Source: an uncultured Chloroflexia bacterium
GTDB taxonomy: Bacteria; Chloroflexota; Anaerolineae; Anaerolineales; UBA4823
DNA: 64,000 nucleotides
Reading direction: 5' to 3'
Assembly (NCBI GenBank): GCA_963774935.1
Contig: CAVZGO010000007.1
Coordinates: 407,861-471,860 of the forward strand
The notes under the pieces are model-generated. The model did not search any database, was not told the DNA's origin, and saw nothing but the letters and a program-made list of their open reading frames with translations. This document shows positions 33,956 to 42,547 of the stretch, piece after piece (position 1 is the first letter of the stretch; the number at the start of each line of letters is the position of its first letter). Position numbers and translations under genes: made by a program.

Positions 33956-33984
33956 ATACTAGCATACATGCTAAATTAATGCAA
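33956..33984 (-). promoter_or_regulatory. Candidate abiE operon promoter with an overlapping 14-bp palindrome (possible AbiEi operator); probably a leaderless transcript
   Basis: The reverse strand reads TTGCAT (33984-33979)-17 nt-TAGTAT (33961-33956), with the ATG at 33949 only 6 nt downstream. The palindrome TAGCATGTATGCTA (33960-33973) spans the spacer/-10 junction. Confidence 0.45.
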
Positions 33985-34120
33985 TAAAACCAGCATAAAC
34001 TTCTCGATTCTAAAACAACTTGGGGGTCTGGGCTCAGTTGCGCAAGCTCCAGCCTGAACGCTAAGCTTGAGCCTGATCACCCTATGATTTCACGATACGA
34101 GCTGTATTTACTCGGGGTCT

Positions 34121-34157
34121 GGGGGAATGTGAGCGGTTTCACCGCTCACATTCCCCC
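34121..34157. repeat. Perfect 17-bp-stem hairpin (3-nt loop)
   Basis: The sequence is gggggaatgtgagcggt-ttc-accgctcacattccccc. Confidence 0.9.
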
Positions 34158-34168
34158 AGAATCCTCTA

Positions 34169-34222
34169 AAAGCCCATTCCATGGGTGCTGAGCGATAGCA
34201 CAGCACCCATGGAATGGGCTTT
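34169..34222. repeat. Perfect 22-bp-stem hairpin (10-nt loop)
   Basis: The sequence is aaagcccattccatgggtgctg-agcgatagca-cagcacccatggaatgggcttt. Confidence 0.9.
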
Positions 34223-34296
34223 AGAAACCAATGTTTTTATCTGCTATACTACAAGGGTGATCGAGCTTAACGCGACCACCCAAAGGAAAGGCACAT

Positions 34297-34521
34297 ATGG
34301 CCGACATCAAATTTGAAATCGTCAAAAAGATTGGAATTCTCTCCAAATCCAGCAAAGGCTGGGCAAAGGAGCTGAACCTGGTCTCCTGGAACGACCGTGA
34401 GCCAAAGTACGACATCCGTGAATGGTCGCCGGATGGGCAGACCATGGGCAAGGGGGTAACCCTGACAAAGGACGAATTGGCAGCCCTGCGGGAGTTAATG
34501 AAGGATCTGGATCTGGAGTAA
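34297..34521 (+). CDS. YdbC/PC4-like single-stranded-DNA-binding protein (transcriptional coactivator p15 fold)
   Basis: MADIKFEIVKKIGILSKSSKGWAKELNLVSWNDREPKYDIREWSPDGQTMGKGVTLTKDE closely follows the bacterial YdbC pattern as I remember it. An upstream tgcTATACT element is a candidate -10. Confidence 0.8.
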   Translation: MADIKFEIVKKIGILSKSSKGWAKELNLVSWNDREPKYDIREWSPDGQTMGKGVTLTKDELAALRELMKDLDLE

Positions 34522-34540
34522 ATGGGTTTTGGTTATTTGT

Positions 34541-36075
34541 CATTGAGCTCTCTTCCTCCTTACCGCCAATCCCCAGATCAACAGCGCTGCCCCCACCAAT
34601 ACCCCCGCGCCGATCCCCACCAGCAGCCAGTCCACTCTGCCGGCTTCCTCCGCCTCTTCCGTGCTTGATTCCGCAGGAGTTCCCACCGCCGTGGGTGCTT
34701 GCTGTCATGGTTGGTAGTGGGGTGGACGTCAGCCTCGGCTGCGGTGTGCGCCTCGGCGCTTCGGTCGGCGTGGCGCTTGGCGTCAAAGTCGGCTCGGCTG
34801 CTTTCACCACGATCTTGGTCACCCGGCTGGATCACCGACTGCATCGTCAGTCCGTTCAAATCCAGCAGCTCTTGCAGTGGAACCTCGTACACCGTGGCGA
34901 TGCCCACCAGCGTCTGCCCGCTCTGCACCGTGTGCACCAGCGAGCCATCCGGGTTGGGCGTGGCCTTCGATCCAGCCGATCGCCCCGCTTCCCGATCCTG
35001 TCCCCGGTGTAGTTGAGCCCCCCGGCGCGGCCTGATCCCAGCCCTCTGTCCACAGAAATGTCACCGCCACCCTGGTGTTGCCCGAAGGCAGCCCCAGGGT
35101 CTTCGCCAGCGAGCAAGAGATATCCAGTCCCACCGGGCTGGTCACCACCCGCCCATACTGGTCCAGCCCGCCGTTGTAGCCGTTGAAATAAGCCGCCTGC
35201 GCCTCCGGCACCCCCAGGCCCAGGTCGGCGAACATGCGCCGCGGCTGCGGATCGCTGAGCTTCGACCAGAAGTTATCGTCCACGTTCCACGGCCCCGATT
35301 CAGCCACCAGCGCCGCTACCAGCTTGCCCTGGTAGCCGATCATGATCGAGTAGCCCTGCCCAAAAGCGTAGCCGTCACACGCCATCGCCCCACCGTTGGC
35401 GAATTTCAGGCACTTGTCCGGGAGCGCCACGATCTCGCGCTCCCCTGCATCGTAGCAGGTGGCATAGACATCGAAGCTGCGCGCAGCGGACTTCGCCAAA
35501 ATAAGCGACAAGGAGAAACTATCAAGGCTCAATTCAGACTTTGTCTCAGGATTGCCCCCCTGTGGTCTCGATGCAACTTGCTTGGCTGCCCATTTCCTCT
35601 CGACCCATTCCACCAGTCGTTGGTAACCCGCTTCACCCAGAATTTTCTGCAGCCTGGACTGGTCCTTATCCAGGATGCCCCAGATTTGCACATTGTAGCC
35701 GCTCTCCGCAATTGCCGCTCTCTTTTCTGCTGCTCCTATCAATGGGTTGGCGAGAATTGTCCGGCTCTCTGCCTCCAACTGCTCGATTTGTTGTGCTTCC
35801 TGTCTGGCGATTTCGATTACTGCCTCTGCTTCTTGCCGGGTGAATCCCAGGTCTTGTGTCAGTGCATGTTTCCCACGCCCATCCAGCAGCAGCTGCGCCA
35901 GCACCGGTTTGCTCCCCCATACACCATCAGTCGTCTGCATCACTGAAAACACTGGCTGCGCTGTGCCCAACACCAGCACGAGCACTACCAGCGCGGCAAG
36001 CTGCTTACACCGTAATATCATCCGAAAACGCTCCACAAAACGATTATAAGCCATAATATTTCGCTGCCCGCGCAA
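34541..36075 (-). CDS. Secreted/cell-wall protein: signal peptide, RlpA/DPBB-like middle domain (tentative), LysM domain, PT-rich linker, C-terminal TM anchor; three apparent homopolymer frameshifts
   Basis: Frame 1 (36075->~34985) holds the signal LAALVVLVLVLGTAQPVFS and ...GKLVAALVAESGPWNVDDNFW... Frame 2 holds the LysM domain HTVQSGQTLVGIATVYEVPLQELLDLNGLTMQSVIQPGD. Frame 3 reads KIVVKAAEPTLTPSATPTEAP... The fourth piece reads APTAVGTPAESSTEEAEEAGRVDWLLVGIGAGVLVGAALLIWGLAVRRKRAQ*, with its stop at 34541. The breaks are at the C-run 34983-86, gg 34817-18 and tt 34699-700. Confidence 0.7.
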
Positions 36076-36082
36076 CGAAATA

Positions 36083-36111
36083 TTACCATTTTTGTCAACA
36101 AATATTATAAT
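36083..36111 (+). promoter_or_regulatory. Candidate sigma70-type promoter upstream of aspA
   Basis: The elements are TTACCA (36083-88)-17 nt-TATAAT (36106-11), 60 nt upstream of the ATG at 36172. Confidence 0.4.
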
Positions 36112-36171
36112 TTCTATAGGAAGCTCATCGTTTCGTGCCTAAGCCTTATTCACGATAGGATTATTAAAGAA

Positions 36172-37641
36172 ATGTCCTCTCAGACTTCATCACCTCCTCC
36201 TTACCGTCTCGAGCGCGACTCGCTTGGCGAGCTACCGGTACCACTCACCGCCCTCTACGGTGTGCAGACCCAGCGCGCCGTGCTCAATTTCCCCATATCC
36301 GGTCTAAAGCCCTGGCGTGCCTTCATCTGGTCGATGGCGATGATCAAGCGCGCCGCCGCCGAAGTCAACCGCGACCTGGGTTTGCTCGACTCCGACCTGG
36401 CAAACGCCATCGTCCAGGCTGCCCAGGAGGTTATCGACGGTCGCTGGGACGACCAGTTTGTCGTCGATCCCTTCCAGGCTGGCGCCGGCACCAGCCACAA
36501 CATGAACACCAACGAGGTCATTGCCAACCGCGCCACCCAGATCCTGGGCGGCTCGCTGGGCGAATATCGTGTCAACCCCAACGACCACGTCAACATGGCC
36601 CAATCCACCAACGATACCATCCCCACCGCCATCCGCCTGGGCGCGTTGTGGCGTTTGGATGAGCTGCTGGGCGTGGTTGCTGACCTTACTACTGCGCTGC
36701 GCCAAAAAGCTCACGAGTTCGATCCGATCGTCAAGTCCGGGCGCACCCATTTACAGGACGCCGTGCCGATTCGCCTGGGCCAAGAATTTGGCGCTTACGC
36801 CCGCGCCGTTGAGCGTGACGGCGAGCGCATCCAGCGCTCCGCCGAAGGCTTGCGCCGCCTGGGCATCGGCGGCACTGCTGTTGGCACTGGTTTGAACGCC
36901 CATCCCGCCTATCCCGCCGGCATGGTACAGCGGCTAGGTGAGATCACAGGGCTGGCGCTCTATCCCTCCGATGACCTGATTGAAAGTATGCAGTCGCTGG
37001 CGGATGTTGCCGATTTCTCCGCCGCCCTGCGCACCCTGGCGATCACCCTCACGCGCATTGCTAACGATTTCCGCCTGCTGGCTTCTGGGCCTTCCACCGG
37101 CCTGGACGAGCTGCGTCTACCGCCGGTTCAGCCCGGCTCCAGCATTATGCCCGGCAAGGTCAATCCTGTCCTGGCAGAGATGCTCAACATGGCTATGTTC
37201 CATGTCCAGGGCTGTGATCTGGTCGTTTCACTGGCATCCCAGGCTGGTCAGCTCGAGCTGAATGTGATGATGCCCATCATCGCCCACAACCTGTTCGAGA
37301 GCATGCAGGTCATCATTGGCTCGGTCAGCGCTTTCACAGAGAAGTGTGTGCGTGGACTGGTCGCCAATCAGACCAAAGCCGAAGCCTGGCTGGAGCAGAA
37401 TGCGATCATCGTCACGGTCCTTAATCCGCTCATCGGTTACGCAGCCGGTGCGTCGTTGGTGAAAGAATCGCTGGCAAGCGGACGCACCATCCGCGAGGTC
37501 GCCCTCGAAAAAGCAGCCGCCGGATTACTGCACCACAGCAACCAGGATCGCTTGGTAACGGTATTCGAGGTTGAAGCCGCCCTGCACGATATGCGCCGTC
37601 TTACCGAAGGCGGCATCTTCGGCGGAGCTGGCGGTGGGTAA
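36172..37641 (+). CDS. aspA: Aspartate ammonia-lyase (fumarase/aspartase family)
   Basis: The motifs are YGVQTQRAVLNFPISG, TGLNAHPAY and the signature GSSIMPGKVNPVLAEMLN. The V-x-x-E after KVNP favours aspartase over FumC, which has KVNPTQCE. Confidence 0.85.
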   Translation: MSSQTSSPPPYRLERDSLGELPVPLTALYGVQTQRAVLNFPISGLKPWRAFIWSMAMIKRAAAEVNRDLGLLDSDLANAIVQAAQEVIDGRWDDQFVVDPFQAGAGTSHNMNTNEVIANRATQILGGSLGEYRVNPNDHVNMAQSTNDTIPTAIRLGALWRLDELLGVVADLTTALRQKAHEFDPIVKSGRTHLQDAVPIRLGQEFGAYARAVERDGERIQRSAEGLRRLGIGGTAVGTGLNAHPAYPAGMVQRLGEITGLALYPSDDLIESMQSLADVADFSAALRTLAITLTRIANDFRLLASGPSTGLDELRLPPVQPGSSIMPGKVNPVLAEMLNMAMFHVQGCDLVVSLASQAGQLELNVMMPIIAHNLFESMQVIIGSVSAFTEKCVRGLVANQTKAEAWLEQNAIIVTVLNPLIGYAAGASLVKESLASGRTIREVALEKAAAGLLHHSNQDRLVTVFEVEAALHDMRRLTEGGIFGGAGGG

Positions 37642-37764
37642 TTAAAATCGATCCTTTTAACACTTACTTTATGGATTTTCTAGGCATCCTGTTTTAACAT
37701 AATGGGTACGGTGATATCTACTGCTTGTTATAATTTGAGTTGCAGCGCCTGAGGGAGGTGTCAT

Positions 37765-38577
37765 ATCAGTACCACCAATATCCTTGTCATTGAAGATGAT
37801 GATATTGTCGCCCGCACCATCGAGCGCAGTCTGCGTGGTGATGAATTCCGCGTTGTGCTGACAGATAATGGCGTGGAGGGACTCAAACAAGCTCGCCGCC
37901 GCCGTCCAGATCTTGTCATCCTGGATGTGATCATGCCTGGAATGGATGGCTATGCCGTCAGCCGGGAAATGCGTCGTGATCCGCTGCTGCAAGACTTGCC
38001 GATCTTATTCCTTACAGCCAAGGTAAAGGACGAAGATAAGATTGCCGGTTTTATGGCTGGTGCCGACGATTACATGACCAAGCCGTTCAACCTTGATGAG
38101 TTGATTCTGCGCATTCGCGCCATCTTGCGCCGAGCAGCCAGACGGACTGACCCCAACACTGAGGCCGAAATTAATTCTGTTTCGAATTCGATAGCTCGCC
38201 CCCCTGGATTCCGCCTGTCCGGTGCCAATTCAAACGCCATGTCTCGCAACCATGTCGAGGAAAAAATTGTCCTCGTGGTCGAAAATTACTCCCTTGACAC
38301 CCGCTCGTATGAGCTGACTACACCCACGCATGGCAAGATCCGCCTCACCCCGGTGCAGTTCGACCTTCTGCAGCACCTGATGAACCACCCGGGTGAAATC
38401 TTTTCTCCCACACGCCTGCTGGATGAGGTGTGGGATTATCCTTCAGACTCCGGCAGTCCGGACCTGGTGCGCGTCCACATCAAAAACCTGCGTGAGCGTA
38501 TCGAAGTCGACCCGCGTGCCCCCTCCTTCATTCGTACCGTGCCAGGATACGGCTACATCGTCGGCTCTGAAGCCTGA
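37765..38577 (+). CDS. OmpR-family response regulator (paralogue of 8350..9141); no canonical start codon ahead of the REC domain
   Basis: The in-frame sequence from 37765 reads ISTTNILVIEDDDIVARTIERSLRGDEFRVVLTDNG...PDLVILDVIMPGMDGY...GADDYMTKPF...LTPVQFDLLQHLMNHPGEIFS...IRTVPGYGYIV. The in-frame stop is at 37750-52. The SD gagggagg lies 6 nt before ATC 37765. The first ATG (37855) would delete strand beta1 and the acidic pocket. Confidence 0.8.
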   Translation: MSTTNILVIEDDDIVARTIERSLRGDEFRVVLTDNGVEGLKQARRRRPDLVILDVIMPGMDGYAVSREMRRDPLLQDLPILFLTAKVKDEDKIAGFMAGADDYMTKPFNLDELILRIRAILRRAARRTDPNTEAEINSVSNSIARPPGFRLSGANSNAMSRNHVEEKIVLVVENYSLDTRSYELTTPTHGKIRLTPVQFDLLQHLMNHPGEIFSPTRLLDEVWDYPSDSGSPDLVRVHIKNLRERIEVDPRAPSFIRTVPGYGYIVGSEA

Positions 38578-38663
38578 GCCCGCGTCCATTTTTACAAGCT
38601 CTTTATCCTGCTTTCACTCTCGCTTTATTACAAATCAGGGAAGCCAAATTAAAATGGGATCAC

Positions 38664-39227
38664 ATGGATCCCAGCCCTGATTTTATTTCTCATGCACCAA
38701 TTCCAGCCGCCAACATCGTTGAAGAACAATTGGTGCCTTTGTTTCGTGCTTTCCAGGCGCTTCACTGCCTGAGCTTAGATGAATTTGCTGCTTTACAAAA
38801 GCAAGAGCTCGATCGGTTAAAAGAAATTTCACGTGAGAAGGAACACTGGCTGAACATTGCCAATCACCTGCTTGCCAGGGAAATAACCGTGGAATTGCTC
38901 GCTGCGCCTTATGCAGGTCCTAAAGGAGCTCCAGCATGTGACAAGCTGGTGCACGGCATCCGGGCTCAAGGAGATCGAATGCATGATCTGCTGGTGGTCA
39001 ACCAGGCAGTCGCCGCCCGTGATCTCATGCTGGCAGTTAAAACCCAATCGATGATCCAGCGCCAGGGTGAGGCGTTGAATATGACTGGCGGTTTTGGAAC
39101 CAGCAGCCAGTCAGGCGTGCTGCGGTATTTGCAAGAGCAGGTGGAAGCGCTGCAGGCGATCTCGAGCGCGAATGAAAACCTGTTGCTACTCATCTGCAGC
39201 CTGGAAAACCTGTCCAAGCGAATTTGA
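38664..39227 (+). CDS. Hypothetical helical protein (187 aa)
   Basis: This is a long ORF with host-like composition, and I recognise no motif in it. Confidence 0.5.
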   Translation: MDPSPDFISHAPIPAANIVEEQLVPLFRAFQALHCLSLDEFAALQKQELDRLKEISREKEHWLNIANHLLAREITVELLAAPYAGPKGAPACDKLVHGIRAQGDRMHDLLVVNQAVAARDLMLAVKTQSMIQRQGEALNMTGGFGTSSQSGVLRYLQEQVEALQAISSANENLLLLICSLENLSKRI

Positions 39228-39465
39228 CACTTCCCATACGGTATTCTTTTTTAATCCCCCCACTGCACAGTTTAATACAGCCTGGATTTCAACCACATAA
39301 TCTGCTGCTTGCGCCAGAGGTGTATCGAGGGCACAACTGATTGCCGGGGTATGGCAGCTTTTCACAGGCTCTTCATCATACTTGCCCTACCACTCAGCGT
39401 TGTCGTATGTGTCTCGCATCGCGATATTCCTTGCTATAATTGATTAACCATCAAAGGAGTACAGT

Positions 39466-39849
39466 ATGAGCGATCAGAATACCACCCCACCCAACGTGGA
39501 TGACGAAATACCCGACAACGATAGCTGGCAGGAAGTTGGACACCAGTTCCAGATTCTGGGCGAGAGTCTGGCTGCCACGCTTCGTGTTGCTTTAGAGAAG
39601 GAGGAAAATCGGCAGCGGATGAAGGATATCCAGCAAGGGCTGGAGGCAATGATTGACAAGGTCGGCGAAGTAATTCAGGATGCTGCTGCCACACCAGAAG
39701 GTCAAAAAGTTAAGGAAGAAGCCAAAAAGGCTGCCAACACCCTCCAAGACTCGGCTGAGCATACCGCCCAGGAAGTTCGCCCACACCTGATTTCCGCATT
39801 GAAGCAGGTTAATATTGAGCTGGGAAAGTTGGCTGACTGGCTAAAATAG
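39466..39849 (+). CDS. Hypothetical acidic/helical protein (127 aa)
   Basis: The ATG is preceded by the SD aaaggag and an upstream TATAAT. The sequence is a low-complexity amphipathic helix (QGLEAMIDKVGEVIQDAAATPEGQKVKEEAKKAANTLQDSAEHTAQE). Confidence 0.55.
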   Translation: MSDQNTTPPNVDDEIPDNDSWQEVGHQFQILGESLAATLRVALEKEENRQRMKDIQQGLEAMIDKVGEVIQDAAATPEGQKVKEEAKKAANTLQDSAEHTAQEVRPHLISALKQVNIELGKLADWLK

Positions 39850-41152
39850 TCCCCTGCATCGACCACGGTCCCGTCCAGGTTATCCTCACGTTATGCACCT
39901 GACCGCGCAGATCGCTATCAGACGCGACGAACACCAGCTTATTGGTAGGAGTCCTGCCACGCCAGCGATCACGCACTTTCTCCTCGAATAATACATCCAC
40001 CTTCTGACCCAGGTAATGCGCATTGATCTCCCCCGCAATGCGCTCCTGCTGCTCTTCCAGCAGGCGGAAACGCTGCCATTTCTCCTCATCCGGCACATCA
40101 TCCGCCATGCGCCGTTCTGCAACCGTACCCGGACGCACAGAATAGCGAGCCAGATGAGCCACATCTAAACGTAGCTCTTCCAGCAGGTCATAGGTTCGCT
40201 GGAACTGTTCTTCGCTCTCCCCCGGAAAGCCGACGATCACATCCGTCGCTATCGCCACGCCTGGAATTATGTCACGGATTACCTTTACCAGCTGGCGATA
40301 ATCATCCGCTGTATAACCCCGCTTCATGTTTTCCAACACAAGGTCATCACCAGCCTGTACGGGAACCTCAATGTGCGGCATCACCTTCGGCAGCTCAGCC
40401 ACGGTTTCAAGCAGCTCTGTGGTCATCCAGTTTGGGTGGGAGGTTAAAAACCGAATTCTCTCCAAGCCTTCAACTTTGTCAATCTGATGCAGCAATGCAG
40501 CCAGGTTCGGCCCTTCGGGGATGTCTTTGCCGTAACGGTCGACAATCTGTCCAAGCAGGGTGATTTCTTTCACTCCCTGGCTGACCAGGGAATGCACGTC
40601 TGCAAGGATTTCTCCAACTCGCCGGCTGCGTTCCACTCCGCGCCGGTAGGGAATAATGCAGAAAGTGCACGCATGCGAGCAACCCAACACAACCGGTACG
40701 TAAGTGGAAACCAGCCGACCGCGCTCATCCAAAGGCAGGATCAGCTCATGATCTTGAGTTTTATAGCGCTGCTCTGTCTCGGCTTGCTCCAATGCATAGC
40801 TTTCGTCCTGAGTCAGGAAAGCCACCAGTGGGCCAGGATCGGACGGTGGCGAGAACACATCTACAAAAGGAAAATGCTTCGCCAGTCGATCATAGCCGTG
40901 AACCCCCACCAGACAACCCATCAGGTTTATTACCAGCTCGGGTCTCTTTTGTTTCAATGGACGCAAGGAATGCAGCCGTCCATAGGCTTTATCCTCGGCG
41001 CTTTGCCGGACCACGCAAGTATTCAATACGATGACATTCGCCTCTTCAGCCAGATCGGTGGGCTGGTATCCTAAATGCTCCAACGCCGAAGCAATCCGCA
41101 GTGAATCGGCTACATTCATCTGGCAGCCTTCTGTCCAAATGTGATATTTCAT
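39809..41152 (-). CDS. miaB: tRNA-2-methylthio-N6-dimethylallyladenosine synthase MiaB
   Basis: The N-terminal part is MKYHIWTEGCQMNVADSLRIASALEHLGY, the radical-SAM motif is CSHACTFCIIPYRRG, and a C-terminal TRAM domain is present. The upstream alternative ATG at 41197 is possible. Confidence 0.9.
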   Translation of the reverse strand: MKYHIWTEGCQMNVADSLRIASALEHLGYQPTDLAEEANVIVLNTCVVRQSAEDKAYGRLHSLRPLKQKRPELVINLMGCLVGVHGYDRLAKHFPFVDVFSPPSDPGPLVAFLTQDESYALEQAETEQRYKTQDHELILPLDERGRLVSTYVPVVLGCSHACTFCIIPYRRGVERSRRVGEILADVHSLVSQGVKEITLLGQIVDRYGKDIPEGPNLAALLHQIDKVEGLERIRFLTSHPNWMTTELLETVAELPKVMPHIEVPVQAGDDLVLENMKRGYTADDYRQLVKVIRDIIPGVAIATDVIVGFPGESEEQFQRTYDLLEELRLDVAHLARYSVRPGTVAERRMADDVPDEEKWQRFRLLEEQQERIAGEINAHYLGQKVDVLFEEKVRDRWRGRTPTNKLVFVASDSDLRGQVHNVRITWTGPWSMQGTILASQPTFPAQY

Positions 41153-41214
41153 GTCCGATATTATATCAAAAGGATTCTGGCTATCTCCGCTACTCATCTT
41201 TTGCTTAATTAAGA

Positions 41215-42489
41215 GTGATAAAATTTTCCCTTATGCGAAAATTATCTCGCAGAACGATATTGATCGCTATTAGCATACTGGTTTTGCTGTCTGGATTAGC
41301 TTTTATGGTTGGGCTGCTCCAGGACCGGCTCGCCTGGCGGGCGGACATGGCTTATACCTATGTGCGCGCCATTCTTAACCCTGCCGGCGCCATGCCCACC
41401 TCCCTGCCCGATCCACGCGTGGTCACCAGACGTGAGCCAACCGCCACCCCTGATCGGATGATCGCTCTGGCGCCTACTTTAGCACCAACCAACGGCCCGA
41501 CCCTGACTCCCACTGCATCGCCTACTCCCATCCCATCCGCGGCTTCACTGAACCCACCGAAATGGGAAAAACAAGACGCCAATAACTGCGGCCCGACCAC
41601 CTTGGCAATGTATTTGCGCTATTTTGGTTGGGAAGGAGATCAGTTCACAATATCCAATTTAATCAAGCCGAAGCGCGAGGATCGCAATGTAAATGTTGAT
41701 GAGCTGATCTATTACGTTCGCAACCACGCCGGCTGGCTGAACATCGAATACCGTGTGGGAGGCGATCTCGAAACCCTCAAACGCTTCCTGGCAGCAGGTT
41801 TGCCTGTGATGATTGAAGAAGGCACGCTACTGGACCAGACTTACTGGCCCAACGATGATCGCTGGGCAGCCCACTACCTGCTATTAACTGGTTATGATGA
41901 TACTGCCAAGACCTTCATCGGTCAGGACAGTTATTATGGACCTGATAAACGGATCCCTTTTCCTGACCTGGACAAAGCCTGGCAGACATTTAATCGCGTT
42001 TACATAGTGATTTATCCACCCAACCAGGATTCTGTAGTTAAATCAATTATCGGTCCTGATTGGGACGAAGCCACGAACCGCACACGTGCATTGGAAGTTG
42101 CCCAGGCAGAAACCTCATCTGATCCGGATAACCCCTTCACCTGGTTCAACCTTGGCACCAACCTGGCTTATTTCGAGCGCTACATTGAAGCTACCGACGC
42201 ATTCGACCGCGCCCGAAACCTGGGCCTGCCCCAGCGAATGCTGCGCTACCAGTTTGGACCTTTCATGGCATACTTCCACAGCGGTCAGCTTGATGAGCTG
42301 GCATCCTTGCTCGAATACTCGCTCAAGATCACCCGCAACTCCGAAGAAACTTTCTTATGGCGAGGCTGGATGGAATACCGTAAAGGAGATAAGGTTGCGG
42401 CTATTGCCGATTTCCGCCGCGCTCTGGATGAAAACCCGAATTATGAAGATGCCCTGTATGCGCTACGCTTCACCGGCGCCATCCCGTAA
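41215..42489 (+). CDS. Membrane-anchored peptidase C39-like domain protein with C-terminal TPR repeats
   Basis: The N-terminal TM helix is TILIAISILVLLSGLAFMVGLL, followed by a PT-rich linker. NNCGPTTLAMYLRYFGW carries the papain-like catalytic Cys context of C39-like/BtrH_N domains, and ...AAHYLLLTGYDD carries the His. The TPR-like tail is NPFTWFNLGTNLAYFERYIEATDAFDRA... Confidence 0.65.
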   Translation: MIKFSLMRKLSRRTILIAISILVLLSGLAFMVGLLQDRLAWRADMAYTYVRAILNPAGAMPTSLPDPRVVTRREPTATPDRMIALAPTLAPTNGPTLTPTASPTPIPSAASLNPPKWEKQDANNCGPTTLAMYLRYFGWEGDQFTISNLIKPKREDRNVNVDELIYYVRNHAGWLNIEYRVGGDLETLKRFLAAGLPVMIEEGTLLDQTYWPNDDRWAAHYLLLTGYDDTAKTFIGQDSYYGPDKRIPFPDLDKAWQTFNRVYIVIYPPNQDSVVKSIIGPDWDEATNRTRALEVAQAETSSDPDNPFTWFNLGTNLAYFERYIEATDAFDRARNLGLPQRMLRYQFGPFMAYFHSGQLDELASLLEYSLKITRNSEETFLWRGWMEYRKGDKVAAIADFRRALDENPNYEDALYALRFTGAIP

Positions 42490-42547
42490 ATTAAAAACCC
42501 GTCAAACTTTCGTGCTATACTGTAGAAAATAAAAGCAGGAGGAAACC

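Noticed and set aside
37669-37992. 107-aa minus-strand ORF
   Set aside because: It lies antisense to the promoter and REC domain of the response regulator, and it has no motif.
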